Shown here: positions 40,947 to 51,536 of the stretch, piece after piece
Numbering within the stretch: the stretch's first letter is position 1
Layout of the letters: each line of letters opens with the position of its first letter
Origin: Pseudomonadota bacterium
GTDB taxonomy: Bacteria; Campylobacterota; Campylobacteria; Campylobacterales; Sulfurimonadaceae
DNA length: 64,000 nucleotides
NCBI GenBank assembly: GCA_043797085.1
Contig: JAZDQA010000011.1
Span: forward strand, 1 to 64,000
Direction of reading: 5' to 3'
Notes under the pieces: generated by a model
Seen by the model: the letters and a program-made list of their open reading frames with translations, nothing else
What the model was told of the DNA's origin: nothing
Database searches by the model: none
Position numbers and translations under genes: made by a program

Positions 40947-42022
40947 TATTCTTCTATTTTGTGAGGAAGTTTTCCGGGCATCGCCTCTTTATTGGCGAGG
41001 AGATCTTCGATCTGACGTTTTACTTTGTCGTAGCGAAACTGCTCTTTAAACCCATTGATTCGTCCACCTGCAGCATTAGGATGTCCGCCGCCACCTGCCC
41101 ATTCGCCTGCCATCATGGCAACATCGACTTGGTCGTGTCCTCGTAGACTCATTGTCCCGCGCGTACTGATATCAACGATAAAATCAAAATCAGGAAATGC
41201 GGTGACAAAACCATTTCCGATGATGGACGTATTACCCAAGCCGTAACTTAAAAATCCGCGCCATCCTTTGTAATAGATGGTCATAGTAGAGCGTTTGCTT
41301 CCCAGTAGTGCTACGATGTATTTTGTAGAGAGATTATCGAGTGTATTGTCTATACCGTCTTTGAAAAAATCTTTTTTCATGCTATGGATTGCTTCATCCA
41401 GTACAATATTTCCATTGGGTATAAATCGCATTGTTGCGGCACGTTCCAATAGGCTTAGCTTGTACTCACGGTCTTCATTCGCAAACATCACACGGCTAAG
41501 TTCACGGGCATCACTGATGAGGCGCATACAGACTTTTCCGTACTCAAAATCTTCTTCTTCCTCTTGTTTCCACAAATCGACGGCATTAACGACTTTGACA
41601 AACGCTTCGAGCCATCCTCCCGCACTCAATCCATAGTTTTCAATGGCATATTCGTACACGATTTTCGTTGCACATCGATCGGTATCCAACGTATACCATT
41701 CGTATTGCACCGCCGAATCCTTGCCGCTTCCGTGATGATCGAGGAGAGTTAGTGTAATCGTCCATCCTGCTTCGTTGAGTTTTCGTACTTCATGATGAAG
41801 CCATTTTGCTTCGTCGGGACTGAGATTGAGATCACTGATAAGAATCGTCGCTTCTTGTTTATTTTTTTTGAGCGTATCCACGATTTCTTCGAGACGCTCC
41901 ATGACTTCTGCCCCGTAATTGGCATTATAACTGTTCATAGTGTGCTGTGTTTGAGCCATAACCAGTTGGCAACTGTAACCGTCTAGGTCGGTGTGCGAGA
42001 GGTGGTAAAAAGTTTTTTTCAT
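40946..42022 (-). CDS. DHH/DHHA1 phosphoesterase (NrnB-like)
   Basis: HTDLDG, LDHH, GGGHPNAAG. Confidence 0.88.
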   Translation of the reverse strand: MKKTFYHLSHTDLDGYSCQLVMAQTQHTMNSYNANYGAEVMERLEEIVDTLKKNKQEATILISDLNLSPDEAKWLHHEVRKLNEAGWTITLTLLDHHGSGKDSAVQYEWYTLDTDRCATKIVYEYAIENYGLSAGGWLEAFVKVVNAVDLWKQEEEEDFEYGKVCMRLISDARELSRVMFANEDREYKLSLLERAATMRFIPNGNIVLDEAIHSMKKDFFKDGIDNTLDNLSTKYIVALLGSKRSTMTIYYKGWRGFLSYGLGNTSIIGNGFVTAFPDFDFIVDISTRGTMSLRGHDQVDVAMMAGEWAGGGGHPNAAGGRINGFKEQFRYDKVKRQIEDLLANKEAMPGKLPHKIEE

Positions 42023-42029
42023 AACTGTC

Positions 42030-44219
42030 CTATTTGTCTAAAGTAATGGAGCCGAGAACTTCGAATTTGGCACTCGAATCGATCTCAGCATGGGAGAGAA
42101 CAACAATATCAAGATTAAACCGCTCGAAAATCTCTGCCAATGGACGACGAAGTTTCGGGTCAACAATAATGATAATGGGAGAGATTCCGCGTTGAAGAAG
42201 CTCGCCCGCTTTCGCGCTGCTGGCTTGAATCAGACCGTTGATTTCCCCTACATTGAGTTGAAGTTGGCGAGTACCGTCTCGATCATTCGATTTTTCCAGC
42301 AGTCGTTGTTCGCTCATCGTTTCAAATGTTAGCAGCTTTATAATTCCATCAGGACCGGTGTAAATTTGGGTAATAATTCGAGAAAGCTTGGCTCGAACGT
42401 GCTCGGTGATGGTATCTATATTTTTGGTATATTCACTGACATCGGCAATGGTTTCTAAGATGGTTATCATATCTTTGAGAGGGATACGTTCATGTAATAA
42501 TGCTCTGAATACTCGTTGAATCAGACCGATATTAGCGACTTTGAGCAAATCATCAATCAAAACAGGATAGTCATTTTTAATTTTATCAATAAGAGATTGT
42601 GTCTCTTGACGTGTCAGGAGCTCTTCCGCATGTTTTTTGACCAATTCGCTCATGTGAGTAGAAATAACCGTTGAAGGGTCAACCACGGTATACCCGTTGA
42701 TAATGGCATCTTCTTTGAGCTCAGGAGCAATCCAAAATGCATCCAGTCCAAATGCCGGTTCTTTTGTCGCTTCCCCTTCAATCTCACCGATTGCCATACC
42801 GCTGTCCATGGCTAAAAACTTATCAGGCTGGATGAGACCATCACCGATCATTACACCTTTTAGAAGGATGGAATATTGTGTCGGTTTGAGATGAAGATTA
42901 TCACGAATACGTACTTGAGGCATTAAAAATCCAAAATCGGAGGCAATCTTGCGGCGCATGGATCGGATACGCTCGAGTAAATCGCCTCCTTGATTGTTAT
43001 CGGCAAGACGAATGAGCTGATACCCAAGAGTGAGTTCGAGCATCTCGATTTTTAAAATATCTTCAAGCGCCGCTTCTTCGTCTTTGGCAATTTCTTCATT
43101 GCTCTTTCGGCGAGGAGTTGTAGAAGATGTTCCATCACCAGATGTTTGACTTCCTGCAGATGCCGCACCGCTTTTCGCAACTGCAGGGGCGGAAGTGAGA
43201 ACAAGATCCCCTTTTTCATACTTGTAAAGCGCGTAGCCAAGTCCTAGGAAGATCAAACCGACAAAGCCCATTGAAAGTGTTGGCAAGCCTGGAGTAAGAG
43301 CAAACATCATCATGATTACTCCGACAATAATCATCACTTTTGCATTGCCCATCAGTTGTTTGATACTGCCCTCGGCAAAGTTGCTTTGATCATCATTAGA
43401 GCCGCGGGTGATCATAATACCGGTTGCGGTGGAGATGATAAGTGCCGGAATCTGAGAGACTAGACCGTCTCCAATTGTGAGGATAGTATACGTTTGAGCA
43501 CTGGTAGCAACGTCGAGATCAAACTGAAAGACTCCGATTAAAAAGCCGCCGATGATATTGATAAAGGTGATGATAATCCCCGCAACCGCGTCTCCTTTGA
43601 TAAACTTGCTCGAACCGTCCATCGCCCCATAGAAATTGGCATCTTGTAAAATCGCTGCACGACGTTGCTTGGCTTCAGATTCATCAATCAGTCCACTGTT
43701 TAAATCCGCATCAATCGCCATTTGTTTTCCGGGCATTGCATCCAATGTAAAACGGGCTGCAACTTCTGCAACGCGTCCTGAACCTTTGGTGATAACCATG
43801 AAATTGATTAAAACCAAGATTGTAAAGACAATTATCCCGATAACCATATTCCCGCCGACAACAAAATTTCCAAAGCTGGTAATGATGTCACTGACGGCTT
43901 CTGGTCCTTCATGTCCGTTACTTAAAATCATACGAGTCGTTGCTATGTTGAGAGAAAGCCTAAAAAGGGTGATTATCAACAATAAAGTTGGAAAAGTGGT
44001 AAGATCGGTAGGTTTGGGGATATACAGTGAAATAAGCAGAATCAAAACAGACATTGAAATGACAATGGCGAGAAAAAAATCGAGCATTCCACTGGGAAGC
44101 GGGATGATGATAATCGCCAAAATCGTCATGACAAAAACAACGACACTCAAATCTCGTGATGCAAAAATCAGTGAGATGATACTTTGTGTGGTTGGGGTTT
44201 TATTTTTTACTTTTGCCAA
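42030..44219 (-). CDS. flhA: Flagellar export protein FlhA
   Basis: RVAEVAARFTLDAMPGKQMAIDADL, FYGAMDG. Confidence 0.97.
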   Translation of the reverse strand: MAKVKNKTPTTQSIISLIFASRDLSVVVFVMTILAIIIIPLPSGMLDFFLAIVISMSVLILLISLYIPKPTDLTTFPTLLLIITLFRLSLNIATTRMILSNGHEGPEAVSDIITSFGNFVVGGNMVIGIIVFTILVLINFMVITKGSGRVAEVAARFTLDAMPGKQMAIDADLNSGLIDESEAKQRRAAILQDANFYGAMDGSSKFIKGDAVAGIIITFINIIGGFLIGVFQFDLDVATSAQTYTILTIGDGLVSQIPALIISTATGIMITRGSNDDQSNFAEGSIKQLMGNAKVMIIVGVIMMMFALTPGLPTLSMGFVGLIFLGLGYALYKYEKGDLVLTSAPAVAKSGAASAGSQTSGDGTSSTTPRRKSNEEIAKDEEAALEDILKIEMLELTLGYQLIRLADNNQGGDLLERIRSMRRKIASDFGFLMPQVRIRDNLHLKPTQYSILLKGVMIGDGLIQPDKFLAMDSGMAIGEIEGEATKEPAFGLDAFWIAPELKEDAIINGYTVVDPSTVISTHMSELVKKHAEELLTRQETQSLIDKIKNDYPVLIDDLLKVANIGLIQRVFRALLHERIPLKDMITILETIADVSEYTKNIDTITEHVRAKLSRIITQIYTGPDGIIKLLTFETMSEQRLLEKSNDRDGTRQLQLNVGEINGLIQASSAKAGELLQRGISPIIIIVDPKLRRPLAEIFERFNLDIVVLSHAEIDSSAKFEVLGSITLDK

Positions 44220-44222
44220 AAA

Positions 44223-44630
44223 TTACTCTTCTAAAATGGCTTCAAGGGTTAGAACACCTAAAAAGCCATCTACTTTACCCTGTAATCGGTTTAGAAATGG
44301 CCATAAAGAACACGTAGTCGCTTTATTCGACGGGCACTCTTCTTTTGAAGGCGAACAGTTAAAGACAGCAGGACTTTTCCCCTCAGCTGCTTCCATTACC
44401 TCAAGCATAGTGATTTCTGAACTGGGACGTGCCAGTTCAAATCCACCATTTACCCCTTTAAAAGATTTTAAAATCCCTTTTCGGGCAAGCGATTGAAGAA
44501 TCTTGGCTAAAAAACTTTTAGAAATATCGAGTTCTCGAGAGAGCGTGTCAACATCAAGAGGATGTGATGCTTTGGCTAAAATGATGAGTGACAATAGAGC
44601 GTATTCACTCGCTTTGGTCATCAGCATCAC
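44223..44630 (-). CDS. Rrf2-family transcriptional regulator
   Basis: SEYAL, KGVNGGF, three Cys in the C-terminal region. Confidence 0.9.
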   Translation of the reverse strand: MMLMTKASEYALLSLIILAKASHPLDVDTLSRELDISKSFLAKILQSLARKGILKSFKGVNGGFELARPSSEITMLEVMEAAEGKSPAVFNCSPSKEECPSNKATTCSLWPFLNRLQGKVDGFLGVLTLEAILEE

Positions 44631-44722
44631 GATACCCCCGTAATTTATTTATTTTTATAGAAAAGATATTATAGCTAAATATCATTAGAGAGAGTTTCAC
44701 CGCAAAAAAAGAGTTTTTCAGT

Positions 44723-44792
44723 TATAATTCCGGTCCTGCTTGAAGAGAACTCTCTTTATCAAGTAAATTCAACTACCCATCAGGAGGCTATT
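44723..44792 (+). promoter_or_regulatory. rpsO promoter (-10) and structured 5' leader
   Basis: TATAAT at 44723; stem GCTTGA/TCAAGT; TCCTG complementary to CAGGA in the SD region. Confidence 0.5.
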
Positions 44793-45068
44793 ATGGCTTT
44801 AGATACGGCTAAAAAAACTGAAATTATTAAAGAATTTCAACGCACAGAAGGCGATACCGGTTCAAGTGAAGTGCAAATTGCATTGCTTTCAAAGCGTATC
44901 AGTGATCTTACTGAACACCTTAAAATTTTCAAAAAAGATCACTCATCACGTCTTGGTCTTTTGAAATTGGTTGGTCAACGTCGTCGTTTGATGCGTTATT
45001 TGAAACGTACAAATCGTGCAAGCTACAACAAGCTTATTGCTGAACTTGGTATCCGCGACAACATCTAA
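44793..45068 (+). CDS. rpsO: 30S ribosomal protein S15
   Basis: [21 protein letters not shown]. Confidence 0.98.
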   Translation: MALDTAKKTEIIKEFQRTEGDTGSSEVQIALLSKRISDLTEHLKIFKKDHSSRLGLLKLVGQRRRLMRYLKRTNRASYNKLIAELGIRDNI

Positions 45069-45085
45069 ATTTTACGATTTAGAAC

Positions 45086-45120
45086 TTCCGCCTCTTTTGA
45101 GGCAGAATTTTTCCTTCTTT
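45086..45120 (+). terminator. Intrinsic terminator after rpsO
   Basis: GCCTC-TTTT-GAGGC hairpin followed by a T-rich tract. Confidence 0.65.
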
Positions 45121-45145
45121 TTTTCTTTTATTTCCACAAAATTAA

Positions 45146-45487
45146 TCAAGCATCATGATGATAATGATCCAGTATACGTTTGTACTCTTCACAAATTTCT
45201 TCCACCGATAATGAGTTTTTATACATACGCAAAATTTGGCGAACAAAATCAAGAGGATATTCTACGCTCAACCCTCGGTTACGTTTGTATATTTCGCTCA
45301 GGACATTGTACATCTCTTCATACACCTCTGGCGATTCATTTTTAAGTCGTTCAAGATTTTCTTGCGCTTGGAGTAATTTAGCATCGTTAAATTCCCCGCG
45401 TTCGGTGGTGCTTTTACGATATTGTACGTAGTCATTAAGACTTTTTTTGTTGAGTATATGATCGGTGAAAGCTTCTATCAATAACAT
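45146..45487 (-). CDS. Hypothetical protein
   Basis: AAGGAG RBS before MLLIEAF; helical, about 113 aa. Confidence 0.65.
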   Translation of the reverse strand: MLLIEAFTDHILNKKSLNDYVQYRKSTTERGEFNDAKLLQAQENLERLKNESPEVYEEMYNVLSEIYKRNRGLSVEYPLDFVRQILRMYKNSLSVEEICEEYKRILDHYHHDA

Positions 45488-45651
45488 TGTATCTCCTTGA
45501 TTAAATATCCATGTACAACCATTGTACGCCTCAAACATAGCAACAGTATAGCAGTTATAGTAGATTGGTTGTATAAATTATATACATAATACCCCATTTG
45601 ATTTTTAAGCATAATAAGGCATAATAATCAAAAATATATGGAGAAATTATC

Positions 45652-46050
45652 ATGAAAATTGCTGTACCTGTTGTGGACGATTCGTTAAAAATGGCTGGAA
45701 ATGCGGGACATACTCCTTATTTCGCTATTTTTAATCTCAAAGGCGGAATGTTCCGAAGCTTTGAGCTAGAAGGTTTACGCGCCAATCCAAAAGTTGCCGG
45801 AGAAGAAGAGGATCATCATGGTCATGATGAAGGTCACACCTGTGATCACGATGAAAATGATGTTGAACATATCAAAGCACACGATACGATGGCAGATGCT
45901 ATTCACGATTGCGATTATCTCGTGGTTAAAATGGCGTGTAAAAATACGGCTAAAAGTATGAGTAATTTAGGGATAAAAATTAAAAAGTACAACGGTACAG
46001 AAGCATCAGCTCAAAAGATTTTGATGGAATTAGCTCCACAGTTTGCATAA
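45652..46050 (+). CDS. NifX/NifB-like (FeMo-co-binding fold) protein with His-rich insert
   Basis: MKIAVPV...GH..YF, DHHGHDEGHTCDH, DCD.LV. Confidence 0.75.
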   Translation: MKIAVPVVDDSLKMAGNAGHTPYFAIFNLKGGMFRSFELEGLRANPKVAGEEEDHHGHDEGHTCDHDENDVEHIKAHDTMADAIHDCDYLVVKMACKNTAKSMSNLGIKIKKYNGTEASAQKILMELAPQFA

Positions 46051-46070
46051 ATTAAAAAGATTTTTTGGGT

Positions 46071-46790
46071 TTAAATCCCAAAAATCTTTTTTGCCCTCTC
46101 CAAATCTTCCACCGTATCGATCCCGAACCCTGCACTTGCCACTTTTACCATAGAAATTTTCTTACCATGATAGAGGGCGCGGAGCTGTTCAAGTTTTTCG
46201 ATATCTTCCAACGGTGCTTCTCCTAGCGTACAAAAATCATGCAAACTTTTTTTCGTAAATCCATAAATCCCGATGTGTCCGAAATACGATGCTTCCCCGC
46301 TACGGTTAAACGGGATAGGGGAACGGGAAAAATAGATGGCATTGTGGGCATCATCGGTAATGACTTTTACCATATTCGGGTCATTTGCGGATTCAGTATT
46401 GATAGCGTTGTAGCAGCTAGCCATAATGAAGGGAATATTTTGTGACTTAAGGGCGTTAAGTCGTTTGATGAGCTGAACCAAAACTTCGGTTTCGATAAAA
46501 GGTTCATCGGCTTGAACATTGATGATAAGTTCATCGTCACTAATGTCAAGGAGTTGTGCGCATTCGTTGATCCGATCCGTTCCGCTTTTATGCGTTGTAG
46601 AAGTGAGACGCGCTTCGACACCGAAAGCAGCACAAATTTCGAGGATTTTTTCATCATCGCACGCAACAACGACACGATCGATGGATGCGACCCGTTTAGC
46701 GGTACGAATCACCATCGGCAAACCGCCGATATCGGCTAAAACTTTTTGTGGAAAACGGGTTGAGGCTAGACGGGCAGGGATGATAATCAT
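46071..46790 (-). CDS. kdsB: 3-deoxy-manno-octulosonate cytidylyltransferase
   Basis: IPARLASTRFP.K, SGTDR, NVQADEP, EKLEQLR. Confidence 0.96.
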   Translation of the reverse strand: MIIIPARLASTRFPQKVLADIGGLPMVIRTAKRVASIDRVVVACDDEKILEICAAFGVEARLTSTTHKSGTDRINECAQLLDISDDELIINVQADEPFIETEVLVQLIKRLNALKSQNIPFIMASCYNAINTESANDPNMVKVITDDAHNAIYFSRSPIPFNRSGEASYFGHIGIYGFTKKSLHDFCTLGEAPLEDIEKLEQLRALYHGKKISMVKVASAGFGIDTVEDLERAKKIFGI

Positions 46791-46843
46791 TAGTAAACCT
46801 TGGTAACGATATAATTATTAAATTATAACTCAAAGGTAGATAA

Positions 46844-47536
46844 TTGCTTCTTTATCAATTCGACGGCGGCTATTGTTACAACAGTGATTCGATACTTTTG
46901 TATGGATTTATCACTTCATTTGTACCAAAAGGTAGAATGCTCGATGTTGGTGTAGGGTGTGGAATTGTTGGACTTTTGGTTGCTCGTGATTGTGATGTTG
47001 CACTTGAGGGAGTTGAAAAACAAACTTCTTATGCTCAGATAGCTCGTCGTAACGGAGAGATCAATCGTATCGAGTACAGTGTGCATGAAGGAGATTTTGC
47101 CGAATTTAATGATGCAAAAGGATTTGACTGGATCGTTTCCAATCCCCCTTTTTATCATGAAGGTTCTGCGCGTTCTGAAAACCAAATGCTTCATCAAGCC
47201 CGTTATAATATCCATTTACCCATTGAGATTTTTGCACGTAAAATTTCGAAACTTTTGAAGCCAAAAGGGCAAACGGCTATTTGTTATGATGCTAGGCAGT
47301 TTGTCTCATTATGCAGTGCATTTGAAGATGCAGGCTTAAGAGTCGTTAATGTACAATTCGTCCATTCAAAGCTGGATCGTACTAGTACATTGGTGATGAT
47401 ACATGCGAAAAAAAATAGTAAATCAATGACCAATATTTTGCCGCCATTGATAACATTAGAAGACGAGTGTTACACTCCTGCGGTGCAGGAAATTTATGAC
47501 AGAGCAAAGGTGCACAGTATCAAATGTCCGATTTAA
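46844..47536 (+). CDS. tRNA1(Val) A37 N6-methyltransferase family (YfiC/TrmN6-like)
   Basis: DSILL, LDVGVGCG, SNPPF. Confidence 0.85.
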   Translation: MLLYQFDGGYCYNSDSILLYGFITSFVPKGRMLDVGVGCGIVGLLVARDCDVALEGVEKQTSYAQIARRNGEINRIEYSVHEGDFAEFNDAKGFDWIVSNPPFYHEGSARSENQMLHQARYNIHLPIEIFARKISKLLKPKGQTAICYDARQFVSLCSAFEDAGLRVVNVQFVHSKLDRTSTLVMIHAKKNSKSMTNILPPLITLEDECYTPAVQEIYDRAKVHSIKCPI

Positions 47537-47901
47537 TGACACAAGAAGGATTTTGTTATGCCTTTAATCCAGATGCATGTTCTTCATGCGGCGGTAACTG
47601 CTGTACGGGTGAGAGTGGAAATATTTTTGTTTCGGTAACGGAAATTACTGCTATTGCAAAGCTTTTAGAAATGGATGAGCGCGAATTTCGGCGTAATTAT
47701 TTGCGTAAAGAAGGATACCGCTATTCGCTTCAAGAGCGCATCGTGAAGGGTTCGCACGATTGTGTGTTTTTTGATCGTTCACGAAATGGGTGTAGTATTT
47801 ACACAGCCCGTCCCCTACAGTGTCGAACATTTCCGTTTTGGGATTATTTTCGTCATCGCATTGATGAGCTAAAGCAAGAATGTCCGGGGATAATAGGATG
47901 A
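47524..47901 (+). CDS. YkgJ/UPF0153 cysteine-cluster protein
   Basis: CSSCGGNCC, CVFF, CSIY..RPLQCRTFPFW. Confidence 0.9.
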   Translation: MSDLMTQEGFCYAFNPDACSSCGGNCCTGESGNIFVSVTEITAIAKLLEMDEREFRRNYLRKEGYRYSLQERIVKGSHDCVFFDRSRNGCSIYTARPLQCRTFPFWDYFRHRIDELKQECPGIIG

Positions 47902-49172
47902 ACAAAATTTTCTTAATCGTGCTTGTAATGACATTAGGTTTAGAGGGTGCTGTAAAGCCCAAGCAAGAAAAAAACAATGTTTTACCCATTGAAATCAATG
48001 ATGAGACGTATATTTTGGGCGCTTTAGATGCTCAAATGCGTCAAAAACATGATTTAGCCTCGAGCTATTTTGAGGCACTGTATGGTAAAACCGGACGTAA
48101 AGAGTATTTGTATCAATCTTTGCGGATGCTTGAACAAAGTAATAATACTGAAAAGCTCACGCGTTTAACCCAAAGCGCATTAGCTGCAAACCCTGAAGAT
48201 CAAACCTTACAGCGTTTTGCCGTTATTGCATTGCTTAAAAGCGGGAAATATTCGCAAGCAGCACAGGAATCATCGACGCTAAGTGAGAAAACAAAGGCAG
48301 CGGGTGATTATGCATTAAATGCAGAAGCACTTATAAAGCTTGGTAATTTTCAAGGTGCTTATACTGCTCTCAAAAAAGGGTATGAGCTTACTCATGACCA
48401 AGAAATGGCGGATCGCATATCACTTATCATGTATGCCCATTTGGAACAAAAAAAAGAGGCGATAGCCTTTTTAAAAGAGCATATTGTATTATATGGAAAC
48501 AGCAAAATTATTGGAAAACGTTTGGGCAGTTTGTATGCTGATAGCGGTGAGCTTAATGATGCGGCGTTGATGTATGAGCAAACGTATGATTTGACCCTTG
48601 ATCCTTTGATTGCGCAAGAGGCAATTAAGATTTACGCCTATCAACAAGATATTGTTAAACTCAATGTACTACTTGAAAAATCAGGTGTTAATGATGCACT
48701 TCTATTGGATCTTTATGTTCGAAATAAACAATTCGATAAAGCCTCTGAATTGGCAAAAAAATTGTATAAACAAGACCAAAACCCTCTCTATTTGGCGCAA
48801 AGTTCTGTTTTCGCATACGAAGCCTCTCCTAACAAAAATGATCCTATCCTTTTGACTGCGGTAGTTGACGGACTGAAAGAAGCGAACAGTGAGATGGAAA
48901 GTCCTTTGTATGCTAATTATTTAGGCTATTTGATGATTGATCACGATATTGATATCGATGGTGGGATTGTGTATGTCAAAAAAGCGTTGCTTGCACAGCC
49001 TGAGTCACCGTTTTATCTCGATTCTCTCGCATGGGGATATTATAAAAAAGGTGAATGTGCCGAAGCCCTGCGCCTGATGAAACAAGTTGAGTCGATGATT
49101 GGCACAGATGAACAAGAAGTAAAAGATCATCTCAAAGCGATTGAGACGTGTAAAACTAAGGAGAAAAAATGA
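47898..49172 (+). CDS. TPR-repeat exported protein
   Basis: Signal peptide; NYLGY...[13 protein letters not shown] signature. Confidence 0.8.
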   Translation: MNKIFLIVLVMTLGLEGAVKPKQEKNNVLPIEINDETYILGALDAQMRQKHDLASSYFEALYGKTGRKEYLYQSLRMLEQSNNTEKLTRLTQSALAANPEDQTLQRFAVIALLKSGKYSQAAQESSTLSEKTKAAGDYALNAEALIKLGNFQGAYTALKKGYELTHDQEMADRISLIMYAHLEQKKEAIAFLKEHIVLYGNSKIIGKRLGSLYADSGELNDAALMYEQTYDLTLDPLIAQEAIKIYAYQQDIVKLNVLLEKSGVNDALLLDLYVRNKQFDKASELAKKLYKQDQNPLYLAQSSVFAYEASPNKNDPILLTAVVDGLKEANSEMESPLYANYLGYLMIDHDIDIDGGIVYVKKALLAQPESPFYLDSLAWGYYKKGECAEALRLMKQVESMIGTDEQEVKDHLKAIETCKTKEKK

Positions 49173-49954
49173 TACTTGATGACATCATCAAAAAAACAAA
49201 AGAAGATTTAATAGAGCGCGAAGCGAAGTTTAGTATGGAGTGGTTGGGACGTTCTTTAGCATTTAATGCACGTGCTCCGCGTGATGTGCGTCCGTTTTTG
49301 ACGGCAACTCCTGATGAGCCGTACCGCATCATTTCAGAAGTTAAAAAAGCGAGTCCTTCTCGTGGCATTATTCGCGAGGATTTTGATCCTGTGGCGATAG
49401 CGCAAAGCTATGAGCGTGGCGGTGCAAATGCGATTTCAATTTTAACGGAACCTCATTTTTTCCAAGGTAATCTCGATTATCTCGCGGAGATCCGCCGTTA
49501 TGTGAGTATTCCTCTTCTACGTAAAGATTTTATTATCTCCAAATATCAGCTTCTTGAAGCACTCGTTTACGGTGCTGATTTCGTCCTCCTGATTGCGGCA
49601 GCATTGTCCAAAAGTGAGCTCAAAGAGCTGTTAAACTATACACGCCATTTAGGAATGGAAGCTTTGGTGGAAATTCACGATAAATCCGAACTTACCAAAG
49701 CCATCTACGCGGGTGCGGATATTATTGGAATCAATCATCGTAATTTACAAACATTTGAAATGAATATGAACCTGAGTTACGATCTTATCCCCCTTATCCC
49801 TAACGGTAAAATAATTGTGGCTGAAAGCGGTATCTATGAACACGGTCAATTGGAAGATTTAAGCAAGGCAGGTGTGGATGCATTCTTGGTCGGTGAGTCA
49901 CTTATGCGTCAAGATAATGTAGAAGAGGCACTCAGAGTTTTAAAAAACGGATAA
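49169..49954 (+). CDS. trpC: Indole-3-glycerol phosphate synthase
   Basis: [25 protein letters not shown]. Confidence 0.96.
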   Translation: MILDDIIKKTKEDLIEREAKFSMEWLGRSLAFNARAPRDVRPFLTATPDEPYRIISEVKKASPSRGIIREDFDPVAIAQSYERGGANAISILTEPHFFQGNLDYLAEIRRYVSIPLLRKDFIISKYQLLEALVYGADFVLLIAAALSKSELKELLNYTRHLGMEALVEIHDKSELTKAIYAGADIIGINHRNLQTFEMNMNLSYDLIPLIPNGKIIVAESGIYEHGQLEDLSKAGVDAFLVGESLMRQDNVEEALRVLKNG

Positions 49955-50094
49955 GCTTTTATAGCGGGTAAACAGGATCTATTATCTCTCTAAACTATAA
50001 TATTTCTTATATATTCTACTCACACTATCAAGCTACACGCTTGATGTGAGTCCTTTTTTCCTTTTTCCCCCTCATTTTCATTTAAAAATCAAAA

Positions 50095-50113
50095 TTGCTT
50101 TTTTTTTAAGCAA
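50095..50113. promoter_or_regulatory. Palindromic operator upstream of the ATP-grasp operon
   Basis: TTGCTT-N7-AAGCAA, about 55 bp before the start codon. Confidence 0.5.
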
Positions 50114-50165
50114 CCCTTGAGATTACTTTAGGATATCATAAGGAAGTCCACTATTTTTACAAGGG

Positions 50166-51536
50166 GTGTTCATGATTGAGCCAGTGAGTCCGGAGCTACA
50201 AAAGTTTTACGATATTTTTGAAAGTATTGATAAGAGTAAGATCCCTGAATTTAAAGATTTTTTAGAGGCTAATGCGGTTAACTTTAACCTATTCAAAGAA
50301 GGTAATTTTATTGAGAGATCCTTCCCTTTTGATATGATCCCCCGCATCATTCCGAAAAAAGAGTTTGATCATCTCGAAGCAGGTATTATTCAGCGCGTCA
50401 AAGCATTAAATGCTTTTTTGAATGATATTTACGGCGAACAGCGTATTATAAAAGATGGAATTGTTCCTCGTGAATACATCGATTCAGCGGTGGGTTTTCT
50501 CCCATCTTTTATGGGTGTCGTCCCTTCTCAGGGTATTCGAACCCATATCAGCGGTATTGATTTAGTCAAAGACAGCGTGAGTGGTGAATGGGTAATTCTT
50601 GAAGACAATCTGCGGGTCCCTAGCGGTGTCAGTTATCCGCTTACGATTCGTCGTGCATTTCGTCACACGTATCCTGAATTTTTTGAATCGATGAAAATCT
50701 CAAAGATCAAACAATATGGTGACCAGCTAAAAGCGGCTATGGATCATGTTAATACGGGTGGACTCAATGTCGTTCTTACCCCGGGACGATATAATTCTGC
50801 TTATTATGAGCACAGTTATTTGGCAAAAATCACGGGTGCAACCCTTGCCCTTGGTGAAGATTTGATCGTTGAAAACGAAGAAGTATTTTTGTGTGCATAC
50901 AACGGCGAGCGTAAACGTGTCGGAGCGATATACCGTCGGCTTGATGATGACTTTTTAGATCCCGAAGAGTTTGATAAAGAGAGTTTGATCGGAGTTCCGC
51001 ACCTTGCAAGCGTTTATCGAGCGGGTAATGTCGCCATCATGAACAGTATAGGAAACGGTGTTGCAGATGACAAAGGTATTTATTATTTTGTTCCGCAAAT
51101 GGTAAAGTATTATTTGGATGAAGAACCGTTGCTTAAAAATGCACCGACGTATCTCCCTTATTATGAAAAAGATCGTGAATATGTATTGGCAAATATTGAT
51201 AAATTGGTTATAAAAGACGTGGCGGAAGCAGGCGGTTATGGAGTACTGTTTGGTAATCGTTTGACGCCTGAAGAACGTGCTAATATCATAGAGATGATTT
51301 TAGAAAATCCTCGTCGTTTTATTGCTCAAGAGGTTATTGAATTTTATGATTTGCCTTGTATGCTGGAAGAAGGAATTCTTCCTAGAAAAGCAGATTTGCG
51401 TGCGTATGTCATCTATGGAGAAGAAGTAAGTGTGAGCATGGGCGGATTAACCCGTTATGCGATGGAAGAGGGCAATTACCTCGTCAATTCGTCTCAAGGG
51501 GGCGGATTTAAAGATACATGGGTGGTAGAATTATGA
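50166..51536 (+). CDS. Circularly permuted type 2 ATP-grasp protein
   Basis: PFDMIPR, LEDNLRVPSGVSY, YRRLDDDFLDP, VNSSQGGGFKDTWV. Confidence 0.93.
   Translation: MFMIEPVSPELQKFYDIFESIDKSKIPEFKDFLEANAVNFNLFKEGNFIERSFPFDMIPRIIPKKEFDHLEAGIIQRVKALNAFLNDIYGEQRIIKDGIVPREYIDSAVGFLPSFMGVVPSQGIRTHISGIDLVKDSVSGEWVILEDNLRVPSGVSYPLTIRRAFRHTYPEFFESMKISKIKQYGDQLKAAMDHVNTGGLNVVLTPGRYNSAYYEHSYLAKITGATLALGEDLIVENEEVFLCAYNGERKRVGAIYRRLDDDFLDPEEFDKESLIGVPHLASVYRAGNVAIMNSIGNGVADDKGIYYFVPQMVKYYLDEEPLLKNAPTYLPYYEKDREYVLANIDKLVIKDVAEAGGYGVLFGNRLTPEERANIIEMILENPRRFIAQEVIEFYDLPCMLEEGILPRKADLRAYVIYGEEVSVSMGGLTRYAMEEGNYLVNSSQGGGFKDTWVVEL

Noticed and set aside
43636..44496. 286-aa plus-strand ORF
   Set aside because: Antisense shadow of flhA and the Rrf2 gene with no recognisable motifs.
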